64,000 nucleotides of DNA from assembly GCA_031416075.1 (NCBI GenBank), contig JANOSY010000014.1, positions 63,157 through 127,156 of the forward strand, written 5' to 3'. Position numbers and translations under genes: made by a program. Origin of the DNA: Candidatus Tenderia sp. (lineage in GTDB: Bacteria; Pseudomonadota; Gammaproteobacteria; Tenderiales; Tenderiaceae). The notes under the pieces are model-generated. The model did not search any database. It saw nothing but the letters and a program-made list of their open reading frames with translations, and was not told the DNA's origin. Positions 39,230 through 50,282 of this stretch are shown one piece after another (within the stretch, counting starts at the first letter, position 1; the number at the start of each line of letters is the position of its first letter).

Positions 39230-40531
39230 TCATGATTTTTCGCATATGGCCTGTTTGCCGCGCTGTTGGTTGACGGTTATCAACATTAATAATCCGGTAA
39301 TGAAGAAGAACAGGGTGGAAAGTAAGGCGATGCGGTGGTTGCCGTGTGTGTAGTAGGTAATGCCGCCGTAGCTGAGGGGGCCTATTATCGCGGCGAGCCG
39401 GATGGCCATGCCCCATAGGCCAAAAAACTCCCCGCTCCGTTCTGGTGGCGTGAGTTGCCCGATCATGGCGCGCCCGGCAGATTGGCTGGCTCCGAGGGCT
39501 AGGCCAATGAGGTTGGCGGATAGCCAGAACTGGGGTGGCTCTGTGGCGCTGTAGGCGAGTGAGATGGCGATTATCCATATGACTAGTGTGAGTGCCAAGC
39601 CCTGTTTGGAGCCGATGCGGTCTTGCAGATGGCCAAAGATGAGTGCGCCGATGGCTGCGGTGGCGTTGACGACGAGTATCAGGATGAGTGTCTGCTCTAT
39701 TTTGAATGCCATGACCTCTTGGGCATAGATGGCGGCCAGTACGACGACGGTATTGATGCCGGAGTGGTAGACGATGAGGGTGAGCAGAAACCTGAATAGA
39801 TCCGGGTGCTGGTGTGCATGTTTTAGGGTGTGGCGTAGGCGTTGATAGCCAGCGTGTATGTAACCACGGGGTGTTAGTTTTTTTTTGGCGCGGGTCCTCT
39901 CTTGTAGCCAGAGCAGGGTGGGGGTTGCGGCTAGGGCAAAGACTGCTGCGACAATCAGGCAGGTGATGGGCACGTAGTGGCTGGCATCGTACCCTCTTGC
40001 CTTTGCCCATGCTATATATAGTAGGCATAAGCCTAGTGTAAGCAGTCCACCCAGATAGCCTATGCCCCAGCCGTACCCTGAGAGTCTGCCCATCTTTTCT
40101 GGTGGGACGAGCTCTGGCAAGAAGGCGGCGATCAGATTTTCGCTGGTGGCGTACATGATAGTTGCTAAAATGACGAGGATCATCGCCAGGACGGTGTCGC
40201 CGGGGCCAACGAGGCTGAGGGTGGCGGTGAAGAGTACACAGCCTAGGGTGCTGATCAGGAGAAACCGTTTTTTTGCCGCTGAATAGTCGGCTATGGCCCC
40301 GAGGATGGGGGCGCAGAGCAAAACGATGGCGTTGGCGATTGCCATGGTGATGGTCCAGAGCAGGGTGGAGTGCCCCGGTTCGGTATTGCTGGCGGCAATT
40401 ACGCCCACAAAGTAGCTATTGAATATGGCGGTTAGGATAACAGTGGTGTAGCCGGAGTTGGCAAAGTCGTACATACACCATGCGGTGCGTTCCTGTCGAC
40501 TGGAGTTTGGGGGTGGGGTGGGCGGTTGCAT
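39230..40531 (-). CDS. MFS transporter, UMF1/ATG22 family
   Basis: AWCMYDFANSGYTT, GRLSG.GWG.GY.GG and EFFGLW. Start uncertain. Confidence 0.9.
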   Translation of the reverse strand: MQPPTPPPNSSRQERTAWCMYDFANSGYTTVILTAIFNSYFVGVIAASNTEPGHSTLLWTITMAIANAIVLLCAPILGAIADYSAAKKRFLLISTLGCVLFTATLSLVGPGDTVLAMILVILATIMYATSENLIAAFLPELVPPEKMGRLSGYGWGIGYLGGLLTLGLCLLYIAWAKARGYDASHYVPITCLIVAAVFALAATPTLLWLQERTRAKKKLTPRGYIHAGYQRLRHTLKHAHQHPDLFRFLLTLIVYHSGINTVVVLAAIYAQEVMAFKIEQTLILILVVNATAAIGALIFGHLQDRIGSKQGLALTLVIWIIAISLAYSATEPPQFWLSANLIGLALGASQSAGRAMIGQLTPPERSGEFFGLWGMAIRLAAIIGPLSYGGITYYTHGNHRIALLSTLFFFITGLLMLITVNQQRGKQAICEKS

Positions 40532-40649
40532 TGGCGGGACCGGAGGGTTGTTTGTGGTGTGCAAGGGTAAACCAGGTGGGTATTGGCGTCGATACTATTA
40601 TTAACCGTTTTGAGTGTACTGGTTTACTGGATGGGTATAGTGTGATTGG

Positions 40650-41051
40650 ATGAGCTGGATTTACGAATATAATTTTCACTGTTTGACGGAGTTGCTGCCG
40701 GAGTTGCAGCGGCCACAGCGTCGGTTATTGTCGTATGTTGGCACCGCTGGGGGGTTGACGGTGGATCTGGTGGAATCCCATAAGTACACAACGATTGTGC
40801 GGTTGAGCCAGACGTTGCCGGTACCGCTGACGCTGGCGGCCAGTCCGGTGATGGTGGTCCGGGTGTATCACGATGCCCGTGTGGCCGAGGTGCTCTCTTA
40901 CCAAAATCACTACCGTTTCCAGCCCCGTTACGATTATCCAAACCCTGAGATGTGTCAGCGGCGTGAGAAGCAGCGTGTGAACGAGTTTTTAGGTGAGTGG
41001 TTGAGTTTCTGTATTGCTAATGAGTGGTCTCTTCAGGTTAAGGCTGTTTAG
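40650..41051 (+). CDS. yqiB: DUF1249 (YqiB) protein
   Basis: YE.N...L..LLP, KYTT, RVYHDAR.AEV, YDYPN..M.Q..EK..VN.FL.EWL..C. Confidence 0.88.
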   Translation: MSWIYEYNFHCLTELLPELQRPQRRLLSYVGTAGGLTVDLVESHKYTTIVRLSQTLPVPLTLAASPVMVVRVYHDARVAEVLSYQNHYRFQPRYDYPNPEMCQRREKQRVNEFLGEWLSFCIANEWSLQVKAV

Positions 41052-41379
41052 GAGGCGTTTTACCCTTCAAGGCGACTTCCAGGGTGCCGGAGCGCACATG
41101 AAGATCGCGTTGTGGGAAGGGGATTCCGATACCGGCATCGCGCAGTTCGTCTTCGAGTACCCACATGAACAGTGCGTGAGTGCTGCCGGGTTTGGCGACT
41201 AGTTCTGGTCCTGCCCAGAGCACCAGTTCAAAGTCCAGGCTGCTGTCACCAAATTTAACCAGCCATACGTCCGGTTCATGGCCTGCTTCATTCAGCACGC
41301 CGGGCACACGGGTGGCGGCGCGCGGTCCAGCGGCCTTTACCTTGTCTTTGTCGGTGCCATTAAGTGCCTGGCTGGCCAT
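41038..41379 (-). pseudogene. C-terminal fragment of an MscS-family mechanosensitive channel
   Basis: P.V....FGDSSLDFEL and GI.IPFPQRDLH motifs only; no TM or middle domain, and no room for them upstream. Confidence 0.75.
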
Positions 41380-41425
41380 TATGACGTAGCCGGAGGGGGG
41401 GTTGATAATTTTTTACGCAGTCTGG

Positions 41426-43213
41426 TTACTCCAGCGTTCGCTCTTGCTGCTGTAGTGTCCACATTTGTGCATATAGTTTGCCCTGTTCCAGCAGTTGGCG
41501 ATGGCTGCCACGTTCGACGATGCGACCCTGTTCCATGACGAGTATCTGGTCGGCATCGATGATGGTGGAGAGACGGTGGGCGATAACCAGGGTGGTACGG
41601 TTGTGTGCCACTTCCCGTAGCTCTTTCAGGATGGCCTGCTCGGATTTGGAGTCGAGGGCGGAGGTGGCTTCATCGAAGATCAGGATTTTTGGATCTTTTA
41701 ATACGGTGCGAGCGATGGCGATGCGCTGTTTTTCGCCGCCGGAGAGTTTCAGGCCACGTTCACCAACGGTTGTCTGGTAGCCCTCGGGTAACGAGGTGAT
41801 GAATTCATGGATGTGAGCGGTTTGGGCGGCGCGGATGATCTGCGCTTCCGTAGCCTCGGGATTGCCGTAGGCGATGTTGTAGTGGATGGTGTCATTAAAA
41901 AGCACAGTGTCTTGCGGCACGATTCCGATGGCGGCGCGCAGGCTCTTTTGGGTGACGTCACGAATATCCTGTCCATCGATGAAAATGGCCCCGCCATTGA
42001 CCTCATAGAAGCGGAATAACAGCCGTGACAGCGTTGATTTTCCCGCGCCGCTGTGGCCCACCACAGCCACTTTTTTACCGGTGGGTATCTCAAAATCGAC
42101 GTCGTGGAGGATGGGGCGGCTGGCGTTGTAGCTGAAGTTAACGTGGTCAAAGCGGACACTGCTGTTGGTGACGGTTAGTGCGGCTGCGTTGGGTTTGTCT
42201 GTGACGTCGGCGTCGTTGGCAAGCAGGCTGAACATCTTCTCCATGTCGGCCAGTGAGTGTTTGATCTCGCGGTAGACAAAACCGAGGAAGTTGAGTGGCA
42301 TGAAGAGCTGGAACAGATAGGCGTTGATCAGCACCAGATCGCCGATGGTCATGGTCCCTTTGGTGACACCGTCACTGGCAAGGATCAGCAGCGCCGTCAT
42401 GCCGGCGGCGATGATGGCCCCTTGGCCAACGTTGAGCAGACTGAGGGAGGTCTGATTTTTAACCGCGGCGTCCTCCCACTTTTTCATATTGCTGTTGTAA
42501 CGGTTGGCCTCATACTCTTCGTTACAGAAGTATTTGACCGTTTCGTAGTTCAGCAGGGAGTCGATGGCGCGGCTGTTGGCCTTGGAGTCGAGGTCATTCA
42601 TGGTGCGGCGGAAGTTCATGCGCCATTCGGTGACAATCAGCGAGAAGGCGATGTAGCTAGCGACGCTGATGAGGGTGATGATGGCAAACCAGGCGTCGTA
42701 GTTGATAAACAGGATGATGACCACCAGCCCGATCTCAAAAAGGGTGGGCAGGATATTGAAGAGCATGAAGTTGAGCAGGAAGCTGATGCCGCGACTGCCA
42801 CGTTCGATATCCCGTGACATGCCACCGGTCTGGCGCTCCAGGTGAAAACGCAATGACAGGGCGTGCAGGTGGCGGAATACCCGCATGGCGACACGGCGGA
42901 TCGAGCTTTGTGTGACCTTGGCAAAGATGGCGTCGCGCAGCTCATTAAACAGTGTGCTGGTCAAACGCAGTGCCCCGTAACCCAATAAAAATGCCAGGGG
43001 GAGTGTCAGCAGCACATCTTTTACGGAGAGGTGATCAACAATCTCCTTAAGAAACCAAGGGGTTGCCACCATGGCCCCTTTGGCCAGCATCAGGCAGATC
43101 AGCGCGGCGATTACCCGTGGTTTGTGCTCCCACAGGAAGGGAATTAAGGTGCGCAGGGTCTTCCAGTCGTTGCGCGGAGCAGTAGAGGCGGGGGATTCGC
43201 TATGGTGATGCAT
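41426..43213 (-). CDS. ABCB/ATM1-type ABC exporter (fused permease-ATPase)
   Basis: LSLRFHLERQTGG, DSLLNYETVKYF, GHSGAGKS and LSGGEKQR. Confidence 0.93.
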   Translation of the reverse strand: MHHHSESPASTAPRNDWKTLRTLIPFLWEHKPRVIAALICLMLAKGAMVATPWFLKEIVDHLSVKDVLLTLPLAFLLGYGALRLTSTLFNELRDAIFAKVTQSSIRRVAMRVFRHLHALSLRFHLERQTGGMSRDIERGSRGISFLLNFMLFNILPTLFEIGLVVIILFINYDAWFAIITLISVASYIAFSLIVTEWRMNFRRTMNDLDSKANSRAIDSLLNYETVKYFCNEEYEANRYNSNMKKWEDAAVKNQTSLSLLNVGQGAIIAAGMTALLILASDGVTKGTMTIGDLVLINAYLFQLFMPLNFLGFVYREIKHSLADMEKMFSLLANDADVTDKPNAAALTVTNSSVRFDHVNFSYNASRPILHDVDFEIPTGKKVAVVGHSGAGKSTLSRLLFRFYEVNGGAIFIDGQDIRDVTQKSLRAAIGIVPQDTVLFNDTIHYNIAYGNPEATEAQIIRAAQTAHIHEFITSLPEGYQTTVGERGLKLSGGEKQRIAIARTVLKDPKILIFDEATSALDSKSEQAILKELREVAHNRTTLVIAHRLSTIIDADQILVMEQGRIVERGSHRQLLEQGKLYAQMWTLQQQERTLE

Positions 43214-43380
43214 TCTGGCTCCGGGGCGGCAAAGGGGATCAAGCTAACAGAGGCGCGGTGCAAAGCGCAATTTTCACCGCGATTCACTGCCATGGTACAA
43301 TCGCGGCCTCTGATTTTTGGGGAGTTTCCCGGTGCCTGTGGGTGCTGGGTGGTTTTCCGGGTATAGCCATGCGGGGCTGA

Positions 43381-43422
43381 CGATGGGCGGGCGATGGGCG
43401 GGCGATGGGCGGGCGATGGGCG
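43381..43422. repeat. Tandem repeat (CGATGGGCGGG) x ~3.8
   Basis: Direct 11-nt units starting at 43381, 43392, 43403 and 43414, in the aspS leader. Confidence 0.9.
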
Positions 43423-43508
43423 AGCTGAGTCGCTGCCAGGGTGTGGCGATCGCAATATTAAATGAATGTACTAAACCAAATTTAAAGCACAAGGATACAA
43501 AACAGAAA

Positions 43509-45296
43509 ATGCGTAGCCATTATTGCGGCCAAGTCACAGAAGCTCTGGAAGGTCAGGAGGTTGAGGTTAGCGGCTGGGTACATCGCCGCCGTGACCATGG
43601 TGGAGTTATCTTTATTGATCTGCGCGATCGTGAAGGGATTGTGCAGGTAGTCTTCGATCCCGACAGCGCCGAGACATTTATGAGCGCTGAGCGTGTCCGC
43701 AACGAGTACGTGTTGCGTGCCAAGGGCAAGGTTCGTATTCGCCCGGCAGGTACTGAAAACAGCAACATGGTGACTGGCAAGATCGAAATCATCGGCCACG
43801 AGCTGGAGATCCTCAACCGTTCCGAACCGCCACCCTTCCAGATCGATGATGAGTGTGACGCCAGCGAAGAGGTCCGCCTGCGTTACCGCTATCTTGATCT
43901 GCGCCGTCCGGAGATGCGTAACCGGCTTAAGCTACGCGCACGGGTGACCCGTCACCTGCGTAACTTCCTGGATGATCACGGTTTTCTGGAGATCGAAACC
44001 CCTTTTCTGACCAAGGCGACTCCGGAAGGGGCGCGTGACTATGTGGTGCCGAGCCGTACCCATCAGGGTAAATTTTTTGCACTGCCGCAGTCGCCACAGC
44101 TCTTCAAACAGCTGCTGATGATGAGTGGTATGGACCGTTATTACCAGGTGGCGCGCTGTTTCCGTGATGAAGATCTGCGTGCTGACCGTCAGCCAGAGTT
44201 TACCCAGCTCGATATCGAGGCCTCCTTCATTAACGAAGAGCAGATCATGGGGCTGATGGAAGAGATGTTTCGTGATGTATTTGCCCATATCCTGGAAGTG
44301 GCTCTGCCAAAAAGTTTCCCGCGTATGACGTTTGCTGAGGCGCAGTACCGTTTTGGTTCGGATAAACCGGATCTGCGTATCCCCCTGGAGCTGATCGATC
44401 TGACTGACCTGATGAAGGCAGTGGACTTTAAGGTCTTCTCCGGTCCGGCCAACGATTCCAACGGACGCATTGCCGCGATTCGTCTCCCCAAGGGTGGCGA
44501 ACTAAGCCGCAAAGAGATTGATGACTATACTGCCTTTGTCGCCATCTACGGTGCCAAAGGGTTGGCCTACATCAAGGTGAATGATGTGGCGCAGGGGCGT
44601 GATGGACTGCAGTCGCCGATCCTGAAGTTCCTGCCGGATGAGGTGGTGGCGGGTATTATGAGCCGCACTGGTGCCGAGAATGGTGATCTGGTCTTCTTTG
44701 GTGCAGATAAAACCAAGATTGTGAATGAGTCACTGGGCGCACTGCGTATCAAGCTGGGTCATGACCGGGGCCTGGTACAGCACGGCTGGCAGCCGCTGTG
44801 GGTGGTTGACTTCCCGATGTTTGAGTTTGATGAGAAGGATAAACGTTGGGCCGCTATTCACCACCCCTTTACCGCCCCGGTGGGGACGCTGGATGAAGTG
44901 GCTGCTGATCCTGGCAACGCACTTTCCCGCGCCTATGATTTGGTGCTCAACGGCACAGAGGTGGGCGGCGGTTCAATTCGTATCCACAATCCCGAGATGC
45001 AGCAGCAGGTATTGGCACTGCTGGGCATTGGTGCCGATGAGGCGCGGGAGAAGTTTGGCTTCCTGCTGGATGCCTTGAGTTACGGTTGTCCCCCGCACGG
45101 TGGTCTCGCCTTTGGCCTTGATCGTCTGATCATGTTGATGACCGGCGCGCAGTCGATCCGTGATGTGATGGCGTTCCCCAAAACCCAAAGTGCCGCCTGC
45201 CCATTAACGTCCGCCCCGTCTGATATCGGTTTGGCGCACATGCGTGAGTTAGGATTGCGTCCGCGTCAGGTAGCAACGCCTGCTGCAGCGGAGTAG
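43509..45296 (+). CDS. aspS: Aspartate-tRNA ligase, probably non-discriminating
   Basis: [39 protein letters not shown] and GLDRL. Confidence 0.98.
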   Translation: MRSHYCGQVTEALEGQEVEVSGWVHRRRDHGGVIFIDLRDREGIVQVVFDPDSAETFMSAERVRNEYVLRAKGKVRIRPAGTENSNMVTGKIEIIGHELEILNRSEPPPFQIDDECDASEEVRLRYRYLDLRRPEMRNRLKLRARVTRHLRNFLDDHGFLEIETPFLTKATPEGARDYVVPSRTHQGKFFALPQSPQLFKQLLMMSGMDRYYQVARCFRDEDLRADRQPEFTQLDIEASFINEEQIMGLMEEMFRDVFAHILEVALPKSFPRMTFAEAQYRFGSDKPDLRIPLELIDLTDLMKAVDFKVFSGPANDSNGRIAAIRLPKGGELSRKEIDDYTAFVAIYGAKGLAYIKVNDVAQGRDGLQSPILKFLPDEVVAGIMSRTGAENGDLVFFGADKTKIVNESLGALRIKLGHDRGLVQHGWQPLWVVDFPMFEFDEKDKRWAAIHHPFTAPVGTLDEVAADPGNALSRAYDLVLNGTEVGGGSIRIHNPEMQQQVLALLGIGADEAREKFGFLLDALSYGCPPHGGLAFGLDRLIMLMTGAQSIRDVMAFPKTQSAACPLTSAPSDIGLAHMRELGLRPRQVATPAAAE

Positions 45297-45384
45297 CCTT
45301 TACCGGACTGAGGGTAGATTTCTCCACCCTCAGCCCCCATTTCGATGTACATTGTGTTTGTAGCAATTAGCACGGTGGGAGCCT

Positions 45385-46485
45385 ATGAATCAAAGCAATC
45401 TGGCCATTCAACAGTTTTCACAATTAAGCGATGACGAGTGTCAGGTGCGCATCGAAGCGGCGAAGGCGCAACTGGGTGAGCGGTTACTGATCCTCGGGCA
45501 TCACTACCAGCGGGAAGAGGTGTTTCGTCACGCCGACATGGCGGGTGATTCCCTCAAGCTTTCGCGGGCAGCGGCGGCATCAAAAGCGGAATACATCGTC
45601 TTTTGTGGCGTGCACTTTATGGCTGAGGTGGCGGATATCCTGACTCGTCCGGATCAAATCGCCATCCTGCCTGATCTGGCCGCCGGTTGTGCTATGGCGG
45701 ACATGGCCAATCTTGCCAAGGTTGAGCGTGCCTGGCGTGAGCTGAGCGCGGTGATCAATCCGGACGAGTCAGTGACGCCGGTCACGTATATTAACTCTGC
45801 CGCTGATCTGAAGTCGTTTTGTGGCGAGCACGGCGGCATTGTCTGTACCTCCACCAACGCCCGCCATGTGCTGGAGTGGGCGTTTGAGCGACGTGAGAAG
45901 ATCCTCTTTTTCCCTGACCAGCATCTGGGGCGTAATACCGGTTTTAAGATGGGCATCCCACTGGAGCAGATGGTGGTGTGGGACTTTGATCAGCCGCAGG
46001 GCGGCTTGACGGTTGAGCAGATTAAAAATGCCCGGATGATTCTCTGGAAAGGGTTCTGTTCAGTGCATCAGATGTTCAAGCCTGATCATATCGATGCCTT
46101 TCGTGCCAAATACCCCGATGGTAAGGTGATCTCTCACCCGGAAGCGTCGTTTGAGGTGTGTCAGAAATCTGATTTTGTCGGCTCAACGGAGTACATCATC
46201 CGTACGATTAATGAGTCGGCAGACGGTACCCGCTGGCTGGTAGGGACCGAGCTGAATCTGGTGAAGCGGCTTGCTGAACAGAATCGCACCAGGGGCACCC
46301 ATGTACACTTTATGTCGCCAACCATATGTATGTGTTCAACTATGTTCAGGGTCGATCCTCAGCACCTGTTGTGGGTACTGGAGAGTCTGGTTGAGGGTAA
46401 GGTGGTGAATCAGGTCAAGGTGGCGCAGCAGGTGGCGCAGCAGGCGCGGTTGGCGTTGCAGCGAATGTTGGATCTGAATATCTGA
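45385..46485 (+). CDS. nadA: Quinolinate synthase
   Basis: LGHHYQ, GDSL, FCGVHFMAE, AGCAMAD, YINS, CTSTNA and C.TM Fe-S cysteines. Confidence 0.95.
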   Translation: MNQSNLAIQQFSQLSDDECQVRIEAAKAQLGERLLILGHHYQREEVFRHADMAGDSLKLSRAAAASKAEYIVFCGVHFMAEVADILTRPDQIAILPDLAAGCAMADMANLAKVERAWRELSAVINPDESVTPVTYINSAADLKSFCGEHGGIVCTSTNARHVLEWAFERREKILFFPDQHLGRNTGFKMGIPLEQMVVWDFDQPQGGLTVEQIKNARMILWKGFCSVHQMFKPDHIDAFRAKYPDGKVISHPEASFEVCQKSDFVGSTEYIIRTINESADGTRWLVGTELNLVKRLAEQNRTRGTHVHFMSPTICMCSTMFRVDPQHLLWVLESLVEGKVVNQVKVAQQVAQQARLALQRMLDLNI

Positions 46486-46501
46486 TATCGGGATGACAGA
46501 T

Positions 46502-46530
46502 AAAAAATGGCACCGTCGGTGCCGTTTTTT
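46502..46530. terminator. Bidirectional Rho-independent terminator
   Basis: A6-TGGCACC-gtc-GGTGCCG-T6. Confidence 0.8.
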
Positions 46531-46700
46531 ACTGCTTGGCTTGCATCCTGTTTGCAGGCAAAAATCAAGCGGGATATGCAAAAATATTTCACTGGCATTT
46601 TGGTCGAGACGTCGCATAAGATGCGCGCGCCTGACGCCGCTTTTTTGCAGCACAGGCGTGGCTTTTGTCTATCTTAATCTATTCCACAAGGAGTTTTCCC

Positions 46701-46997
46701 ATGAAAAGAATCATTGCCCCAGTGATTGCTGGCGTTCTGGTTTTGGGTCTGTTAACCGGCTGTGACTCAAAAGAGCGTGATGCCCTAAAAGGACAAGTGA
46801 CTTCATTGCAGCAGGAGTTGGTGACAGCCAATAATGCATTGGCTGCCAAGGAGAGCGAGTTGACATCGTTGCGGAGTGAGCTGCAAAGTGTGAAAGAGTC
46901 AGAAGCTCGGGCGACTGCACAGGTTGCTGTTATAACAACTGAGCTTGAAACGGCCAAGCTGGAGCTGGAAGCAGCACTGGCGAAAAAGAAGAAGTAA
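46701..46997 (+). CDS. Small coiled-coil lipoprotein
   Basis: AAGGAG RBS, lipobox LLTGC, heptad repeats; ends KKKK. Confidence 0.8.
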   Translation: MKRIIAPVIAGVLVLGLLTGCDSKERDALKGQVTSLQQELVTANNALAAKESELTSLRSELQSVKESEARATAQVAVITTELETAKLELEAALAKKKK

Positions 46998-47200
46998 CCA
47001 ATCTTTGCAGGGTGGGGCAGGCGTCTCTGCCTCACTCTGTCTGTCCATGTCCCGTTATCAATGGCGGGGTGTATGGGTGTTAATACCGTCCTGTCTCGTT
47101 TTTGTTATAGCCATGAATTTGTAGTGCCATTGCCATTTCCGCCTGCTCCACCATGATGGTAAACTTTCGCCTACTTGTGAACCATCGTAACGAGGGATGT

Positions 47201-47950
47201 ATGGCAGGACATAGTAAATGGGCCAATATTCGTCACCGTAAGGGGCGTGCGGATGCCAAACGGGGCAAAATTTTTACCCGTCTGATTCGTGAAACCACCG
47301 TGGCTGCCCGTCTGGGTGGTGCTGATCCGGATGCCAATCCCCGTTTGCGTGCAGCGATAGATAACGCCCTTGGCAATAACATGTCCAAAGAGACCATCGA
47401 GCGGGCGGTCAAGCGCGGCGCTGGTGGCCTGGAGGGTGGGGATTATGAAGAGATTCTTTATGAAGGGTACGGCCCCGCTGGTGTGGCGCTAATGGTTGAG
47501 TGTATGAGTGATAACCGTAACCGCACCGTGAGCGATGTGCGCCACGCCTTTTCCAAACGTGGTGGCAACTTGGGGACAGATGGCTCGGTTGCATACCTCT
47601 TTACCAAGCAGGGCATACTCAGTTATGCATCAGGCAGCGATGAGGAGCGCATTATGGAGGTGGCGCTGGAGGCCGGTGCTGAGGATATCTCCAGCCATGA
47701 TGATGGCTCAATTGATGTCATCACTTCACCAGAGTCTTTTATTGATGTGAAAGCGGCAATGGCCGCTGCCGGACTGGTGCCGGAACATGCGGATGTCACC
47801 ATGAACCCCAGTTTAACGGTGTCACTGGAGTTAGAGGATGCACAAAAAGTGATGGCGTTGATTGATATGCTGGAAGAGCTGGATGATGTGCAGAATGTGT
47901 ATAGCAACGCTGATTTTTCAGATGAAGTGATGGCGCAGCTCGATAACTGA
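47201..47950 (+). CDS. yebC: YebC/PmpR family protein
   Basis: [22 protein letters not shown] and LDDVQNVY.N. Confidence 0.96.
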   Translation: MAGHSKWANIRHRKGRADAKRGKIFTRLIRETTVAARLGGADPDANPRLRAAIDNALGNNMSKETIERAVKRGAGGLEGGDYEEILYEGYGPAGVALMVECMSDNRNRTVSDVRHAFSKRGGNLGTDGSVAYLFTKQGILSYASGSDEERIMEVALEAGAEDISSHDDGSIDVITSPESFIDVKAAMAAAGLVPEHADVTMNPSLTVSLELEDAQKVMALIDMLEELDDVQNVYSNADFSDEVMAQLDN

Positions 47951-48450
47951 TGACACTTCGTATCCTTGGCATTGATCCTGGCTCCAGGATTACCGGTTTT
48001 GGTGTGATTGAGGTCAATCATGGCAAGTTTTCTTATATCACCAGTGGCTGTATTCGTGTTGAAGGTAAAAGTTTGCCGCAGAAGCTGAAATCGATTTTCG
48101 AAAGTGTGACTGAGATCATCACCGAGTTTTCACCTACGGAGATGGCCGTTGAGCAGGTGTTTATGCGCAATAATGTCTCCTCAGCGCTTAAACTGGGCCA
48201 AGCCAGAGGGGCGGCTATTTGCGCGGGAGTGATGCAGACACTGGATGTCTTTGAATATACCGCCACCCAGGTCAAGCTAGCGGTGGTGGGCAAGGGCCAC
48301 GCAGATAAAACCCAAGTACAGTTTATGATGCGAGCGTTACTTAGCCTGCCGGGGCTGCCGCAAGAGGATGCGGCGGACGCGCTGGCCTGTGCCCTCTGCC
48401 ATAGCAATACCCGTGACTCAGTGCTGCAAATGCGGGCGGCCCAGCAATGA
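47950..48450 (+). CDS. ruvC: Holliday junction resolvase
   Basis: [24 protein letters not shown] and DAADALA.A.CH. Confidence 0.97.
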   Translation: MTLRILGIDPGSRITGFGVIEVNHGKFSYITSGCIRVEGKSLPQKLKSIFESVTEIITEFSPTEMAVEQVFMRNNVSSALKLGQARGAAICAGVMQTLDVFEYTATQVKLAVVGKGHADKTQVQFMMRALLSLPGLPQEDAADALACALCHSNTRDSVLQMRAAQQ

Positions 48451-49091
48451 TTGGGCGTCTACGTGGCACCTTGGTGTATAAACGGGCACCGCTACTGATG
48501 GTGGATGTGGCGGGTGTGGGGTATGAGGTTGAGATGCCCACGAGCACCTTTTACGCCTTGCCTGATATTGGCAAGGAGATTGTGGTGCAGATCCATATGG
48601 TGGTGCGTGAAGATGCCCATCTGCTATTTGGCTTTGCGACAGAGGCTGAACGTAGTTTTTTTCGTGAGCTGATCAAGGTTAATGGTGTGGGGGCAAAAAT
48701 GGGGTTGGCCATCCTCTCCGGTATGTCGGTTGATGCGTTTGCAGCGGCAATCCGCAACAACGATGTCGCTGTACTGGTACGGCTGCCCGGTGTGGGTAAA
48801 AAGACCGCAGAACGACTGATCGTTGAGATGCGCGACAAAATGGATGCTCATGTGTCGGGATTGGCAGCGATATCGACGGTGGTCAGTGCGGAACGGAGCA
48901 GTGGCAGCAACGAAAATAGTTCGCTCGGTGATGCAATCAGCGCGCTGGAGGCCCTGGGTTACAAACCGCCTGAGGCGAGCCGGATGGCACGCAACGCCCA
49001 AAGTGTGCTGCGTGGGGCAGGCCTTGTCACCGAGGGTGACTTGCCGAGTGAGCAGATTATCCGTCAGGCATTGAAGGCGGCAGCGGGTTAA
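48447..49091 (+). CDS. ruvA: Holliday junction DNA-binding protein
   Basis: MIGRLRG, GVGYE, VREDA..LFGF and [10 protein letters not shown]. Confidence 0.97.
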   Translation: MIGRLRGTLVYKRAPLLMVDVAGVGYEVEMPTSTFYALPDIGKEIVVQIHMVVREDAHLLFGFATEAERSFFRELIKVNGVGAKMGLAILSGMSVDAFAAAIRNNDVAVLVRLPGVGKKTAERLIVEMRDKMDAHVSGLAAISTVVSAERSSGSNENSSLGDAISALEALGYKPPEASRMARNAQSVLRGAGLVTEGDLPSEQIIRQALKAAAG

Positions 49092-49106
49092 TGTTGAGAA
49101 GAGACT

Positions 49107-50183
49107 TTGATTGAGACTGATCGTCTAACCCGGGTTGCGGTGCCCGCCTCCCGTGAAGAAGAGGCGATTGACCGCGCCATCCGGCCAAAAAAACTGGACG
49201 ATTATGTTGGTCAGCCGGCAGTGCGGGAGCAGATGGCTGTGTTTATTGCAGCGGCCAAAAAACGTGGCGAGGCGCTTGACCACACACTCATATTTGGTCC
49301 GCCAGGCTTGGGTAAAACCACGCTGGCACACATTATAGCCAACGAGATGGGGGTGGGCATGAAACAGACGTCAGGCCCAGTGCTCGAGCGCCCGGGTGAT
49401 TTGGCAGCGCTACTGACCAACCTTGAGCCACACGATGTGCTGTTTGTGGATGAGATTCATCGACTGAGTCCGGTGGTGGAGGAGGTGCTCTATCCCGCCA
49501 TGGAAGATTATCAACTCGATATTATGATTGGTGAGGGGCCAGCGGCACGTTCAATCAAGCTCGATTTGCCGCCCTTTACCCTGGTGGGCGCAACCACGCG
49601 CGCCGGGTTATTGACGTCTCCATTGCGTGACCGTTTTGGTATCGTTCAGCGTCTGGAGTTCTATAATATCGTTGATCTCACCTCCATCGTTAAACGTTCA
49701 GCACACATCCTTAATGTAACGCTCGATCATGAAGGTGCGGTTGAGATTGCACGCCGTTCGCGTGGAACACCGCGTATTACCAATCGACTGTTGCGCCGGG
49801 TGCGTGATTTTGCCGAAGTGAAGGCCGATGGCAGGATTACGGCGACAGTGGCGGCGGGTGCGCTCGACCTGCTCGATGTAGATGTACATGGTTTTGACAT
49901 GATGGATCGCAAATTACTGCTGGCGATCTTGCAGAAATTTGATGGTGGCCCGGTGGGGGTGGACAGTTTGGCTGCCGCCATCGGTGAGGAGCGCGGCACT
50001 ATAGAGGATGTGCTGGAACCCTATCTGATACAACAGGGGTTTATGATGCGCACCTCTCGTGGTCGTGTGGCGACCCGCACCGCGTATCAGCACTTTGGTT
50101 TAACACCACCTGCGCCTCCGGGGGATCAGTTGCAGGCTGGTGAGTCATATCAAGAGGCGCTGGATGAATTTGACAGGGGCTGA
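49107..50183 (+). CDS. ruvB: Holliday junction branch-migration helicase
   Basis: [24 protein letters not shown] and EPYLIQ.G. Confidence 0.98.
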   Translation: MIETDRLTRVAVPASREEEAIDRAIRPKKLDDYVGQPAVREQMAVFIAAAKKRGEALDHTLIFGPPGLGKTTLAHIIANEMGVGMKQTSGPVLERPGDLAALLTNLEPHDVLFVDEIHRLSPVVEEVLYPAMEDYQLDIMIGEGPAARSIKLDLPPFTLVGATTRAGLLTSPLRDRFGIVQRLEFYNIVDLTSIVKRSAHILNVTLDHEGAVEIARRSRGTPRITNRLLRRVRDFAEVKADGRITATVAAGALDLLDVDVHGFDMMDRKLLLAILQKFDGGPVGVDSLAAAIGEERGTIEDVLEPYLIQQGFMMRTSRGRVATRTAYQHFGLTPPAPPGDQLQAGESYQEALDEFDRG

Positions 50184-50282
50184 TACTACTTTGTAAAGGC
50201 TAAAAGTTTTTTCAGGTACAATGTGGCACTTCCTGTGTTGAAGTCTGTCTCTGTAGGCGGTTGTGCTACTAAATTGGATTTA

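Noticed and set aside
39878-39886. T9 homopolymer in the MFS gene as a phase-variation tract
   Set aside because: Short, encodes KKK in frame, and the gene is intact.
39192-40028. 278-aa alternative-frame ORF overlapping the UMF1 MFS gene
   Set aside because: Low-complexity H/P/R translation caused by the codon bias of the real gene.
43317-43508. N-terminal extension of AspRS in the ORF track
   Set aside because: Homology starts at MRSHYCG (43509); the extension just reads through the tandem repeat.
46530-46700. Riboswitch (c-di-GMP-like) upstream of the small lipoprotein
   Set aside because: GCAAAA motifs are present but the paired stems and tetraloop/receptor could not be built.
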